Assembly: GCA_020137815.1 (NCBI GenBank)
Contig: CM035357.1
Coordinates: 8,122,001-8,186,000, forward strand
From: Hormiphora californensis
Taxonomy: Eukaryota; Animalia; Ctenophora
Length of the DNA: 64,000 nt
Direction: 5' to 3'
Below are positions 12,401 to 24,510 of this stretch, piece by piece (position 1 is the stretch's first letter; each line of letters opens with the position of its first letter). The position numbers and the translations under genes were made by a program. The notes under the pieces were generated by a model. It did not search any database. It was not told the DNA's origin and saw only the letters and a program-made list of their open reading frames with translations.

Positions 12401-13067
12401 TATTAACAAAGTAATATACATATATTGTGTTAATAGCGCTAATTAGCGCTATTTACAAATTGTTGATAGCGCTAATTAGCGCTAATTAGCGCTATTTAGC
12501 GCTTATTAGCGCTAGTTAGCGGTATTTTCATATTGTTAATAGCGCTAATTAGCGCTAATTAGCGCTATTTTGTTAATAAAAATAGCTAATCTTTAAGAAA
12601 TGGAGCTAATTAGCGGTTACAGATTTTGACCAATCATAAGGATTTATTTAATCACGTGATCAACGCCAACCAATCATGGCTTAGATACGTCAAATAGCGA
12701 TGTCTCTTAAATAGCGCTATTTCAAAATTTTTAGGACCGCTATTTGAATAGCGGTGTTATCAAATTTGAAATTAATACAAAATTTAGAACCGCTATTTTT
12801 CTACAAAAATAGCGCTATTTTTAAGTGCAAAAAGCGCTAAAATAGCGCTACCGCTAATTACCGCTATTTGTGACCGCTAATTAGCGCTAATTAGCGGTCA
12901 CAAATAGCGCTATTTTATAAAATAGCGCTATTATTAGCGCTTCTAACACTTTTTATAAATATCGAAATCTTTGATAGCGCTAATTAGCGCTAATTAGCGC
13001 TAATTAGCGCTCTTAAAATCGCTAATTAGCGCTATTTTCTTCGAACACCAAGAATTGGTATATTACC
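6497..13067. mobile_element. Merlin-like TIR element whose interior is a 6.5-kb TAGCGCTAAT satellite
   Basis: Perfect terminal inverted repeat GGTAATATACCAATTCTTGGTGTTCGAAGAAAATAGCGCTAATTAGCG. 8-bp TSD agatattt at 6489-6496 and 13068-13075. Confidence 0.85.
6530..13035. repeat. Palindromic 10-bp satellite (AATTAGCGCT)n with a ~155-175 bp higher-order unit
   Basis: Spacer aaaatagtaaacgtttaagttgat recurs at about 8181, 8347, 8511, 8677, 8841, 8997 and onward. It is in reverse orientation at about 7000-8050 and about 12230. Confidence 0.95.
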
Positions 13068-13118
13068 AGATATTTTTGTTATGTTGGGAGAACTCATGTT
13101 TAATCAGTATCATATGTA

Positions 13119-13290
13119 CAGTCGGACCCCGATTTACCGGGATGCTCGGGGGAAAGGGTTTTGCCCGGTAAATCGGGGTGCCCGGTATATCGGGGTCAAA
13201 TACCGTTGATTTCCTATATCGGGGGAAGTTTATCCTCCCGGTAAATCGGGGTTCCGGTAAATCGGGGCCCGGTAAATCGGGGTCAGACTG
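13119..13290. mobile_element. Tc1/mariner-type MITE (CAGTCGGACCCCGATTTA family)
   Basis: TA|CAGTCGGACCCC...GGGGTCAGACTG|TA. Other copies at 13577-13733, 16816-16987 and 33186-33357, partial copy at about 2505-2596. Confidence 0.85.
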
Positions 13291-13576
13291 TATAAAACAG
13301 AATAGAAACAATCGTGGTGTTTTACTAACACATTCTGAATATAAGCAGTGAGGTTGACATGTCCATGCACAGAAGCAGGGCAATGCAAGCCAGCATATTG
13401 AACATTTAAAGAATGTGTTAGTAAAACACAAGGATTGTTTCTATCGTGTTTGATAAATATTGACCCAGCAGGAATTCTCCCAACATAACAAAAATATCTC
13501 AGTGATGGGTGGGTCGATTTTGAACGGCAAAATTTTTTCGCAAAACGAAAAATGCCCAAAAAGCTAATCTCTACTA

Positions 13577-13733
13577 CAGTCGGACCCCGATATACCGGGA
13601 TCCTCGGGGGAAAGGGTTTTGCCCGGTAAATCGGGGTGCCCGGTATATCGGGGTCAAATACCGTTATTTTCCCATATCGGAGGAAGTTTACCCTCCCGGT
13701 AAATCGGGGTTCCGGTAAATCGGGGCCCGACTG
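13577..13733. mobile_element. Tc1/mariner-type MITE, same family as 13119
   Basis: TA|CAGTCGG...CCGACTG|TA. Confidence 0.85.
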
Positions 13734-14052
13734 TACATACAACAAACTTGTCAAATTCTGATCCGGTCCACTCTCACTTTAAACTGGAAGACACGTCTGG
13801 TGATATATATGATAGACACAACTGGAGATATTTTTGTTACTCTCGGGGAATTCCTGCTAGATCAATATTTTTCAAACAGGATAGAAACAAACCTTGTGTT
13901 TTACTAAAAATTTTTTAATATACTAAATTGCATTGCTCTGCTTTTGTGCATGGACATGTCAACCTCACTGCTTAAATGTATTCAGTAAAACACGACGATT
14001 GTTTCTATCCTGTTTGTTACATACTGATTAAACAGGAATTCCCCGAGAGTAA

Positions 14053-14433
14053 GGGTCAGCACACACCAAATTAAAATTTGACGTCTTTGGTCATAACTCT
14101 GCCATTTCTTGGCAAAATTGCTTCATTTTGGGCTCTTTGGAAAGAGGGCATCGAGCCCATTCTGAAGAGCTCAAGAAACTTAAAATCGGTGCAAAGTGCG
14201 CGGCGTTATGGCGCATAATGTGCGCATTAAAATTTTAAAATTTTAACGCACACATTTTTTACTGTAACGCCGCGCACTTTGCGCGGATTTCAAGTTTCTT
14301 GGGCTGTTCAGAACGGGCTCGATGCCCTCTTTCCAAAGAGCCCAAAATGAAGCAATTTCGCCTAGAAATGGCAGAGTTATGCTCAAAAACGTCAAATTTT
14401 AATTTTAATTTTAACTTTGGTGTGTGGTGACCC
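14053..14433. mobile_element. PIF/Harbinger-like foldback MITE
   Basis: TAA|GGGTCAGCACACACCAAA...TTTGGTGTGTGGTGACCC|TAA; nearly fully palindromic. Related copy at 24140-24450 with a CAA duplication. Confidence 0.8.
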
Positions 14434-14887
14434 TAACAAAAATATCTCAGTGATGGATGGGTCGATTTTGAGCGGCAAAAAGGCAAAATGCTCATATGAC
14501 CAATCTCTACAACCTCGAACAAACTTGTCCAATTCTGATTCTGTCAACTCTCACTTTAACTATACATACAGATAGATACATAGATAAACCCGGGACATCT
14601 ATAGTTTTTTTCACGATGCCATATCTAAAAGTAAAACTAAAACAAATAGAGACTTGCCAGTATATCTAAACTATGTGACACTGCATACCAGGGGGGGGGT
14701 TCGCTATGGGCGTCGCAAAACGCCATTTTTAATTTTGGCTAAAAACTGAAAAAAGTTATTACTGCTTTCTGCCACGCACGGTTAGGGGAGGATCATACTA
14801 TATATATGTTAGGGGAGGAGATGATTACCCTTGCCAGCGCAGTCATACTATATTGAAGATTCATTATTTGCTCAATATTTTTGTCAG

Positions 14888-15004
14888 GTAAACAGTCTTA
14901 ATACAGCAACTGGAAAAACGCCTCGAAAATGTCTTTTTCCTGAAGAAAACAACTGTGGGACAGTTTCTAGTGGTGACGCCATCTCGAATAACAACTTTTC
15001 CTTG
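14888..15004 (+). CDS. Probable internal exon of an unidentified gene
   Basis: tttttgtcag| ... ttg|gtatgt, 117 nt open (VNSLNTATGKTPRKCLFPEENN...); non-repetitive sequence. Confidence 0.35.
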
Positions 15005-15420
15005 GTATGTTATTGTAATGTCCAAGACCAAAGTCATAATGCCCGAGACCAAAGTCATACTACTAACACTCCTTCACTTCGCATCAAATAAAAAATGGCC
15101 GGGTCGCGGACTCTAAGTCTAACGGACTCCAGGTCTAAAAAAGGCGGACTCTAAGTCTAAAACGGACTCTAAGTCTAACATTAGTCTTTACCCTAGTAAA
15201 CACGCGATGTCGGTAAGTTGCATTTACATGTACTATGAACCGTTTGTAGCTTGGCGCGTTATGAAGTTGGCTGTTCCCAGCACGAGCTGGGAATTGCCAA
15301 CTGGAGTTTAATCGCCCAGCATGAGCATTGAGCAGGGCGATTAAACTAGTTTAAATCACGACGCCGAGGCGCTAGGCGAGGGTGAGGCAGAGATAAGCTA
15401 ACAAATGTTAATAGTTTATA

Positions 15421-16376
15421 ATGCGGAGCATTTTCGCCATAAAAAGAATAGTGGATATCAGATCAATATCCAAGCAAGCGGCTCTAAAACTATTTGATGC
15501 TCTGGTAGCACCTGTAGCAGGGTATGCATCAGCTATCTGGATCTGGCTGCACGAAACAAGATTTCTCAAGACATCTCTAAATGAAAAGCATGTCAAAACT
15601 ACATCGAAGGACATCTGGGACGACCAAACAGAAAAATGTCAAACCAGCTTTCTGAGATGGCTGCTAGGACTTCGGAAAAATACACCGCTACCTCTACTCT
15701 ACGGGGACACTGGTAGAGTCCCCCTGGCCGTCAGAAACAGCAAACACCTGCTGGACTTCCACAATGTATCATGAGCAACACCCTCGATAACCAAAGCAAG
15801 CTAGTCGTACACGCCTATAACGAACTGAAGCGACTACAGTTGCCCCGGTATCAAAGTTTCCTAAGGACCTCCGAAATATTCGATTCCAATGCTCACCACC
15901 CGCAGAAGACACTTCTCCCTAACTCCCAACTCGTGCAGGCCCGTATCTCAGATTGGTTTTGGACCCAATGGGACGATATTCGCCACAGCAATCGGAAGCT
16001 TGAATTATAAAAAAGTGTCAAGACCGGCCATGGCTTTGTGGATTACCTAGAAAGAAGGACGGCGCCTGACTTCATCAAGTTAAGAACGAGTACCCACCGC
16101 ATAAAAATTGAAACCGGACGCCACAACAAAACCGACAGATCCGAGCGCCTCTGTGATGATTGCTCCTCACCCGAGTCTATACCTCTTCTGCGTGTCCTCC
16201 CTTTCTTCGATCCCATCATCCAAGATGAGTGGCACATGCTGAATGAATGCATCCGCACCAAATCAGCTCGAGACCGCCTAACAGATCAAGACAGAACCTC
16301 CCTCCGTGGTCATGTCTTCCCCTCACATATCAATCATCATCTCTCTCACCTGATTCACACCATCATCGACCCATAA
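15421..16376 (+). mobile_element. Degenerate 3' fragment of an APE-type non-LTR retrotransposon (RTEX/L2-like)
   Basis: Fragments LKLFDALVAP, LYGDTGRVPL and KLRTSTHRIKIETGRH...ERLCDDC...QDEWHMLNEC (C-terminal cysteine motif), with stops and frameshifts. Confidence 0.7.
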
Positions 16377-16815
16377 TACACTCACTACCACCGCCCATCA
16401 TACCATTCCTCTCAACCCATCACTTACCCCTCTGAACGCTCTCTCTACTCCTCCTACTCCCACCTTTTTACCTATAGTTATATGAGGTATAAACTCTTGC
16501 CAGTGGCGCGTTATTTCAGATACCTTTCTCCCAGCGCGCCGCTGGGAGAAGGTAGCTGTAGTTTATCCGCCAGTGGCGGATAAACTGGTTTAAATCACGA
16601 CGACGATCCCGAGGCGGAGCCGAGGGAGAGGCGGAGGGGTTTAAACCAATAACGTGCCATTGGTCAGAGTTTATAGGTTATATACCCTGCTTTAGTTGTT
16701 TGTTTCAAGTATTACACACTAACAAGAGAGGAAACACTAATCAAAACACACAAAGAGAACTGAGAAACAGTCAAAAACATCTCTCAATTGAGTGTATATT
16801 GTTTGGTAACAGTTA

Positions 16816-16987
16816 CAGTCGGACCCCGATTTAACGGCCCCCGATTTAGCGGCACCCCGATTTAACGGCAGCATAATCTTCCCCCGATATAGAAAATCAA
16901 CAGTATTTAACCCCGATTTAGCGGACACCCCGATTTAACGGACAAAACCCTTTCCCCCGAGGGTGCCGTTAAATCGGGGTCCGACTG
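16816..16987. mobile_element. Tc1/mariner-type MITE, same family as 13119
   Basis: TA|CAGTCGGACCCC...GGGGTCCGACTG|TA. Confidence 0.85.
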
Positions 16988-17486
16988 TACTAAGGAGAGA
17001 GAGAAAGAAATATCACGATATGGGGCATGCCAGACATATCACAGAGGAATTGAGATAGTGAAACAAAAGGGGAGATAAAGAGAGAGAAATTGACGGAATG
17101 TGTTGTTTCTTTCTCTCCAATGCAGTGTGTAACTCTTGCAAACAGTGTTCCCTCTGTATTTCAGTAAGAACTGATCATTTACACACACTTTGAATGTAAC
17201 ATAGGAGTTAATAATAAACAGCCAGCCAGTGGGAAATAATCTGCCGCTGGACTGGCTGTATATTGAGAGCGCGCCAGTGGATTTCTCGCCACTGGCGGGT
17301 TATTTAAGTTAGCAGGGTATATATGACAATAATATTATTGTTGAATACTTTTTAATTTGAATCTTGAATCTTTGAATATAAACACTTACCTACTTTCTAG
17401 GCCATGGAATCTTTTCTTTATTGCTTCACACGGCAGGGAAATTCAGCGTTATGTTCAACATAATGTCAATAATATTGTTACTTTAG

Positions 17487-17601
17487 GTAACTGATGCCTT
17501 GGCTCATATACGAGTTAGTAGAATTCCAGACACTCAAACTGAGGAATTCTGCAACTCTGGTTACTCTCTACAAAAACCAATTCCCGAAAAACTGCCGTCC
17601 G
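17487..17601 (+). CDS. Probable internal exon of an unidentified gene
   Basis: actttag| ... ccg|gtaaga, open frame VTDALAHIRVSRIPDTQTEEFCNSGYSLQKPIPEKLPS. Confidence 0.35.
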
Positions 17602-17793
17602 GTAAGATTAAATAAAAGATGTTGATAGCCAATGTGCATAAAATCAATAGTACGACGTTTAGAATCATACATTATGTAGTTCCGGATATCCCACGTTCTA
17701 GTGATGCATCCTTTCCTTTCGATTCAGGCGTCAAACTTTGGCCCTTTCTCCCAAGGACATTTAGAAGATAATGCAATAGTTGTTCTTGTTTAG

Positions 17794-17841
17794 GGATTCA
17801 AGCTCAAACACAGTCGTACAGTCAGGATATCGGATCCCACG
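17794..17841 (+). CDS. Probable short exon of an unidentified gene
   Basis: ttgtttag| ... acg|gtaaac. GFKLKHSRTVRISDPT joins in phase 0 to the exon at 18734. Confidence 0.35.
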
Positions 17842-17971
17842 GTAAACAGGGCACTCCTCATACCGGCGATAACGGTGAAGAGACACTAACTGAGGTACTT
17901 GTTTTGCATGGTGTTTGCATGATCTGGTCACCTTTGCGCTTTCCTGTGCAGTGACTCGATATATTGCACAA

Positions 17972-18687
17972 AAAGTCGGATTTAAAAAAGTTGTCACCCC
18001 CCCTTTCTCGTGCGGCTTCGTATTTGCACGTGACAGGCCCACTTCCACTCACTTTACGGAAAAAAAACTGCATATCCCCGGAAAGAGCTTAATTTTGTGA
18101 GTCTGTAAAATTTTGGTTTGATGAAATAGGTCAAGAAACAAAGGCGTGAGAGCCAAAACAAGTTTCGGACGCGCAAATAAAAAATACCACCTAGGGGGTG
18201 ACAACTTGGAAAATCCGACTTTAAAGTCCGAGTTTTATTTGCGCGTCGGAAACTTTTCGGAAACTTGTTTTGCCTCTCACGCCTTTGTGAAAAGGGGTCG
18301 ACAATTTCAAAAAATCCGACTTTACGTTTCCCATTGCAAGGTATGTGTATACTCCATTTTTTCAACTGTTCCCCCTAAATTAGTGTGCGGATTTGTTTTG
18401 CGTGCCTATCACATGTTAACGTGTGGTGTGCACGTCAAAATTTGAAAATTTCACAATTTCATGAGTTGGGGGAACAGTTGAAAAAATTAGACTTTATAAA
18501 ATCGGATTTTTGGAAGTTGTCACCTCCCGTGGTGGATGCGATTTTTTATTTGCACGCCAGAAACTTGTATTGTTTCTCACGTCACCGGTTTTAGGGCGGT
18601 CCGACCATCGCTTCTTTGGTCACGGCTGCACCCTAACTTGCTTCCTGACTAAAAGGGGGGGTGACAACTTCAAAAAATCCGACTTTA
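17972..18687. mobile_element. Cluster of AAGTCGGATTT...AAATCCGACTT MITEs
   Basis: Several head-to-tail units with TIRs containing tgtcacccc. Relatives at about 1679-1949, 22189-22325, 23011-23293, 27724-27951 and 29747-29970. Confidence 0.65.
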
Positions 18688-18733
18688 TCGCACGGTAACA
18701 TTCAAGTATTACACTAATACCACTTATTTCAAG

Positions 18734-19210
18734 GTATACTTTATGGAGGCTGAGGATCACCCCGTCGCCATAGAAAGTACCACCCATTCTGATAATCTGA
18801 GCGCAGAGAAGAAACGGAAGAACTGGATGACTAAGAGTAAAACTGTTTCCACAATTGTGTACAAATCTAAAGAAGGTTTGACAACACCATCCTCTCCTCG
18901 ACCCTTCTCGCCATACACGCCAGGACAATTTTCTTTCGACCAAAAAGTTATGAGTCCTATTCAAACACCTGTTGGAGGGGGTAACACGGTGGGAACACTT
19001 CAAAAACAGAATTCAAAGGATATAGAACTTAATCAGAATATCGCAGGGACTGGGGTAACAAGAGTTGTCCATGCAGGACAAACAAGTGATCCGTATTTTA
19101 ATTTGCGAAAAAATCAGGCTTTTCTTGCGGATATGCATACCTGGTCATTAACAAATGCTACCTCTCTACCGTATATGGTTGATGGAAGGGACCGAAAGAA
19201 GTCAAAATGA
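18734..19210 (+). CDS. Probable terminal exon of an unidentified gene (Ser/Pro/Thr-rich)
   Basis: Acceptor ttatttcaag|, open for 158 codons to TGA, non-repetitive; no family recognised. Confidence 0.45.
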   Translation, partial: VYFMEAEDHPVAIESTTHSDNLSAEKKRKNWMTKSKTVSTIVYKSKEGLTTPSSPRPFSPYTPGQFSFDQKVMSPIQTPVGGGNTVGTLQKQNSKDIELNQNIAGTGVTRVVHAGQTSDPYFNLRKNQAFLADMHTWSLTNATSLPYMVDGRDRKKSK

Positions 19211-19349
19211 GTATTGGATTTAAAGAGACCTATCAGAACTTTTGGTGACACAGTCACCCCTACACTAGCCGGGCTGCACGCGGCTAAACGAAGCCTGCGA
19301 ACATAATAGGGGATGTCATCACCAATCAGAACTTATAATAGTCAAACTT

Positions 19350-19486
19350 ACATTATACACAACCGAGGTATGGTACGCTCCATTCTGGAAAGGTCTGGCA
19401 TGTTGAGAGAAGTGGAGGGAATGGAAGATGTGTATATTTGTCGGGACATGTCTTGTGAAGAGAAAAGTGAGAGAAAGAGACTGAGT
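19350..19486 (+). mobile_element. LINE (CR1-like) ORF1 C-terminal remnant
   Basis: VRSILERSGMLREVEGMEDVYICRDMSCEEKSERKRL resembles CR1-group ORF1 ends; interrupted by the hAT-like insertion. Confidence 0.45.
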
Positions 19487-20838
19487 CAGGAAGCGACCGA
19501 ATATTCGGTTCGGTTCGGTTCGGTTCGGAAATTCGGTGTTCTTTGGGCGGTTCGGTTCGGTTCGGTTCGGTAGGAAATTTTGGCCGAACCACCGAATTTT
19601 TTGGTCAAAAAATGCCCAGAAATCGGGCTTTTTCATGCAAAATTTTTCAATTATTTCACGAAAATTGTATAGATTTCTATGTCAATTTCGCCGTATTGAC
19701 CCTATTTCGAATCGGTGGTGCTATGTGGAAATGATTTCGCTAGTTAGCGGGTTCGATATGGATTGATTTGATACCTGACTTCCCGTCGAATCGTGTCCTC
19801 ATGAGAGGGTCAACAAATTCAGAAACTTTTTTTTTCCAAAAATTCATGGAGAGCACCGATCAAGGTGTTAAGAATCATTCTCTGAAATTTTGTAAAAAAG
19901 TTTGGAAAATATTTCAAAGTCAATTTTATGGAAAATTTTCTATGTCAATTTTTGCGTACGAATCGTGTTTCGAATCGGTATTGCTAAGCGGGAGTGATGT
20001 TGCTAATTAGTGGGTCCGAGATGGATTATGCTGATACGTGATCCCCCATCAAATCTAATTAGGAAGTTTAGGGGAAACGATTCATGTCTCAATAAATCCT
20101 GCTAATTAGCGAGAGCACTGCCGCATAGCATCACCGATTCGCAACACGATTCGTACGGCAAAATTGACATAGAATTTTTTTTCCGAAATTGACTTTGAAA
20201 TATTTTACAAAGTTTTTTCACAAAATTAAATGTTTCTATAAAAATTCATGGAGAGCATCGATCAAGGTATTGAGAATCATTACCTGAAATTTTGTGAAAT
20301 TTTTTTTTGTGAAAAGTATTTTAAGTAAATTATGGTATACGAATCGTGTTTCTAATCGACAATGCTAAACGGGAGTGATGTTGGTAATTAGTGGGTCCGA
20401 GATGGATTGTGCTGATACGTGATCCCCCATCAAATCTAATTAGGAAATTTAGAGAGACACGATTCATGGTTCGTTTAATCCTGCTAATTAGCAATACCAT
20501 TCCCGTATAGCATTGCCGATTCGAAACACGATTCGTACGCAAAAATTGACATAGAAAATTTACGATAAAATTGACTTTGAAAATTTTTTCACAAAATTGA
20601 CTTCGAAATTTTTTCAAACATTTTTTAACAAAATTTCAGAGAATGATTCTCAATACCTTGATCGGTGCTCTCCATGACTTTTTAGAGAAACATTTATACA
20701 GAAAAAGTTTTGTATGGTTCGGTTCGGTTCGGTTACCGAAATTCGGTTCGGTTCGGTTCGGTTCGGTTCGGTAAAAAAGTTTTTCAAATTCGGTTCGGTT
20801 CGGTTCGGTGAAAAAAAACCCGGTTCGGTCGTTTCCTG
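19487..20838. mobile_element. Non-autonomous hAT-like element
   Basis: TIR CAGGAAGCGACCGAA / CAGGAAACGACCGAA, 8-bp TSD gactgagt (19479-19486 and 20839-20846), subterminal (CGGTT)n arrays and internal inverted blocks. Confidence 0.85.
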
Positions 20839-20893
20839 GACTGAGTCACATGTTATTGTGAGAGGTAGTGTAGAGTTGAGAAGGAGTGAAAAT

Positions 20894-21745
20894 GGTAAGT
20901 CGGAAGAACCTGTCCGTTCCTCTCATGAGCGCTCATGAGTGTATCATGAGTGTGTCATGAGTGTATCATGAGTGTATCATGAGCGCTCATGAGACGTTTT
21001 TAGGTGTTTCAACGTCTCATGAGCGCTCATGAGTGTATCATGAGTGTGTCATGAGTGTATCATGAGCGCTCATGAGTGCTCATGAGACCTTGCTCATGAG
21101 CGCTCATGAGACATATGTCTCATCCCATCTCTGTTTCAATGTCTCATGAGCGCTCATGAGACGTTTTGACCTACATGTGCTCATGAGTGTATCATGAGAC
21201 ATGTCTCATGAGACATATGTCTCATGAGACGTTAGGGTTGGGTTTACGGTTGGGCTAGGGTTAGGGCTTTCCTTTAGGTCTAGGGACCCGTAGAGGGTAG
21301 GGCTAGGTCCAAGCCTATGGGTCAACCCTAACCCTATCCCTACGGGTCCCTAGACCTAAAGGATAACCCTAGCCCAACCGTAAACCCAACCCTAACCCTA
21401 ACCCTAACGTCTCATGAGACATATGTCTCATGAGACATGTCTCATGATACACTCATGAGCACATGTAGGTCAAAACGTCTCATGAGCGCTCATGAGACAT
21501 TGAAACAGAGATGGGATGAGACATATGTCTCATGAGCGCTCATGAGCAAGGTCTCATGAGCACTCATGAGCGCTCATGATACACTCATGACACACTCATG
21601 ATACACTCATGAGCGCTCATGAGACGTTGAAACACCTAAAAACGTCTCATGAGCGCTCATGATACACTCATGATACACTCATGACACACTCATGATACAC
21701 TCATGAGCGCTCATGAGAGGAACGGACAGGTTCTTCCGACTTACC
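20894..21745. mobile_element. Merlin-like foldback MITE (CTCATGAG-rich arms, TTAGGG-like spacer)
   Basis: GGTAAGTCGGAAGAACC...GGTTCTTCCGACTTACC with ~340-bp arms; 8-bp TSD gtgaaaat. Confidence 0.9.
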
Positions 21746-22100
21746 GTGAAAATTGGACAATGAATATTGATTTTATTTGACATTAGTTGATGGCAGGTCG
21801 AAAGAATCTCGAATCTCAGTTCACATTGCGGTTACAGTGAAATTTTAGTGCTCCACGATATCTGGAACTATGGTAGACTTTATATCTAAATTTAGATTTA
21901 GATAAAGAGTCCAAATAAGTCTAAACTCTAGGAGGACTCTATGTCTAAAAAGTCTACACAGGGCGGACTCTTTATGTCTCTTCTAAACTGCATGGGCGTA
22001 GTGCAGAAACTCTCGGAAGTCAGATTATAGATTTGACTTCAGTGTCAATTTTGACCCACTTCCTGTTGACAGACAAAATTCTCGGGTATTATAATATATT

Positions 22101-22940
22101 ATAACAATTAATATGACGTGATCAACTGCTATAGCCCAACTGTTCATTCTGAGCATTCTGGTACAAAGATATTATTTGGCTACTGATAAAGTCAGATTTT
22201 TAAGAAAGCGAACCGGGGGCGCACGAAATGAAGTTTTGAATTGAAATCGGTAGCATCCGACGTGTGATGCGCGTGAAATGCTCTGATTTGTGTGCAAGCG
22301 GTTCGCTTTATTAAAAATGGCACTTTATATGAGGTAACTCCAACCCCCCAGTTTCATCTCCTTGTTTAACATGGGAGTTACCAAGGGAATCCACTGGGTT
22401 CGATTAATCTAGGCACATACATACCCACAGTACTATTCGAATTGGCGTATTTTTATATCAGGAATCTCGGATAGCAACAATCCTTGTGTTTTATTGCTAT
22501 CTGAACAGATTAGGTGATCACCGGTGTCGTACAGGCTTGGTCATGTGCGTGGGTGTTTGTGTGTGTATGAAGTGAGTGGGTGATGTTTACAGCAGTTCAG
22601 TGCATAATTAATACATTATCCTTGATATGTGAGCACTGCTGATTCATAATAAGAGCCCTGTCTATACTCCTAATCTGTTCAGATAGCAATAAAACACAAG
22701 GATTGTTGCTATCCGAGATTCCTGATATAAAGAGATACACCAATTCGAATAGTACTGTGGGTATGTGCCTAGATTAATAGAACCCAGTGGATTCCCTTGG
22801 TAACTCCCATGTTAAACAAGGAGATGAAACTGGGGGTTGGAGTTACCTCATATGTCAGTACGGCAAATAATATCTTTGTATCAGAATTCTCAGAATGAAC
22901 AGTTGGGCTATAGCAGTTGATCACGTCATATTAATTGTTA
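22101..22940. mobile_element. Foldback element with a nested AAGTC-family MITE
   Basis: Arms 22101-22187 plus 22326-22514 mirror 22669-22940. A fragment of the same arm lies at about 54487-54565. Confidence 0.7.
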
Positions 22941-24139
22941 TCATGATCTTCGGATCACTGCACGATACTAATGACAGCTGTCTCGTGCTGTAATACAGCC
23001 GGTAATCAATAAAGTCCGATTTTTAATAAAGCGAACCGCTTGCACGCAAAAACATTCCGTGCACTGTGTGCGGTAAGTTTTGTGCGTGCTAAATCCGGTT
23101 CCTGATAAGATAATGACTTTTCATTGGTCGCATTGGAAAGATACAGTTTTTCTCTTTCTAACGCCACCAGGATCAAGTCTTTATCTTATCAGGAGGTAGA
23201 GATATGATCGAAACAACCGAAAAAAATCTTTCCCACGGTTCGTGGGAAAACCATTTCGTGCGCAAGCGGTTCACTTTATTAAAAATTCGACTTTAACCTG
23301 TCGTACAGGCTTGGTCATGTGTGTGGGTGTTTGTGTGTGTGTATGAAGTGAGTGGGTGATGTCTACAGCAGTTCAGTGCATAATTAATACATTATCCTTG
23401 ATTTTCCAGTATATTTGGATCAATTTGTAGTATTTTGCGACAAACCGGATGCAAATTGGTACAGTGGATCGCGTGTCACATCCCTTGAAAGAAACGACCC
23501 TTTTTGGGGCGGAGCCGACACTTGTGTTTGCCATGCTACGCACTGTCTGTTCGGCACTTTAAGCCCGGTGTGAGAGCTGACAGGCAAGGAACATGTCAGA
23601 CCTGTGTGTGTGTGCACGCGAACTCAATCTCGGTCGCGCCAGGTGTCTGTCACCAAGTATAATCTGAGTCCGTTAGCACTGGAGTCCGCCTACTTGGCAT
23701 TACGGCGTACTGCTCAGTTTGGTGCACCTCATTAGCGGCGGAACCGCTAACAGTGTGAACTGATACGAGGGTGCTTCTCACGCTATTACAGCACTGTTTA
23801 TAGGGAGTTATTACAGTAATAGCGTGTAGGGATTCTTCCGACCTGCCTATAGTTGATTTAAAGTGTTTCGGCGGTGTAATTTAAGATAGTTTACAAGATA
23901 CTTAAAACTTTTGTCCCTTCGTCTATCGTACTCTTTTGGATTTATCATTAATTTAACGAATTTTTCAGAATTATTTGTCTTCTACTTCTAGAAATAGCAC
24001 ACACTAGAAATAGCACACACCTATGCTATGACAAAAGTAAATTTTTAATTTTTAATTCAGACACACCAGCGGCTGTTAAAAATTCTCTCCCCTATTCTCC
24101 CAGTCGCGTGGCAATCTTACGCACCATTTTGTCATCCAA

Positions 24140-24450
24140 GGGTCACCACACACCAAAGTTAAAATTAAAATTAAAATTAAAATTAAAATTAAAATTAAAA
24201 TTAAAATTAAAATTAAAATTAAAAACACCAGCCGCCGTTAAAATTTCTCTCCCCATTCTAAAAGTAACAATCTCACGCACGATTTTGACGGTCGCGTTGG
24301 ATGACAAAATTTTAACACGCCGTTAAATTTAAAATCGCGCGTGAGATTGTTACTTTTAGAATGGGGGAGAGAAATTTTAACGGCCGCTGATGTGTTCGGG
24401 TTTAAAATCAAAATTTTAATTTTAATTTTAACTTTGGTGTGTGGTGACCC
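24140..24450. mobile_element. PIF/Harbinger-like foldback MITE with a (TTAAAA)n expansion
   Basis: CAA|GGGTCACCACACACC...GGTGTGTGGTGACCC|CAA. Confidence 0.8.
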
Positions 24451-24510
24451 CAAAACTAAATTTCAACAGTGTAAAAATGGCACGCGAGATTTAATTGTGA
24501 GGAGCGCGAT

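Larger units (their letters stand above)
6381..13778. mobile_element. TTAA-flanked non-autonomous foldback element (Kolobok-like) hosting three nested insertions
   Basis: TTAA|AGTGAGAGTGGACCG...CGGTCCACTCTCACT|TTAA with long imperfect TIRs. A partial second copy lies at about 13825-14559. Confidence 0.75.

Noticed and set aside
6530-13035. CRISPR-like repeat/spacer appearance
   Set aside because: The spacers are themselves repeated, the context is eukaryotic and there are no cas genes; it is a satellite.
21230-21410. True telomere or chromosome fusion site
   Set aside because: Short degenerate tracts are repeated in every copy of a MITE.
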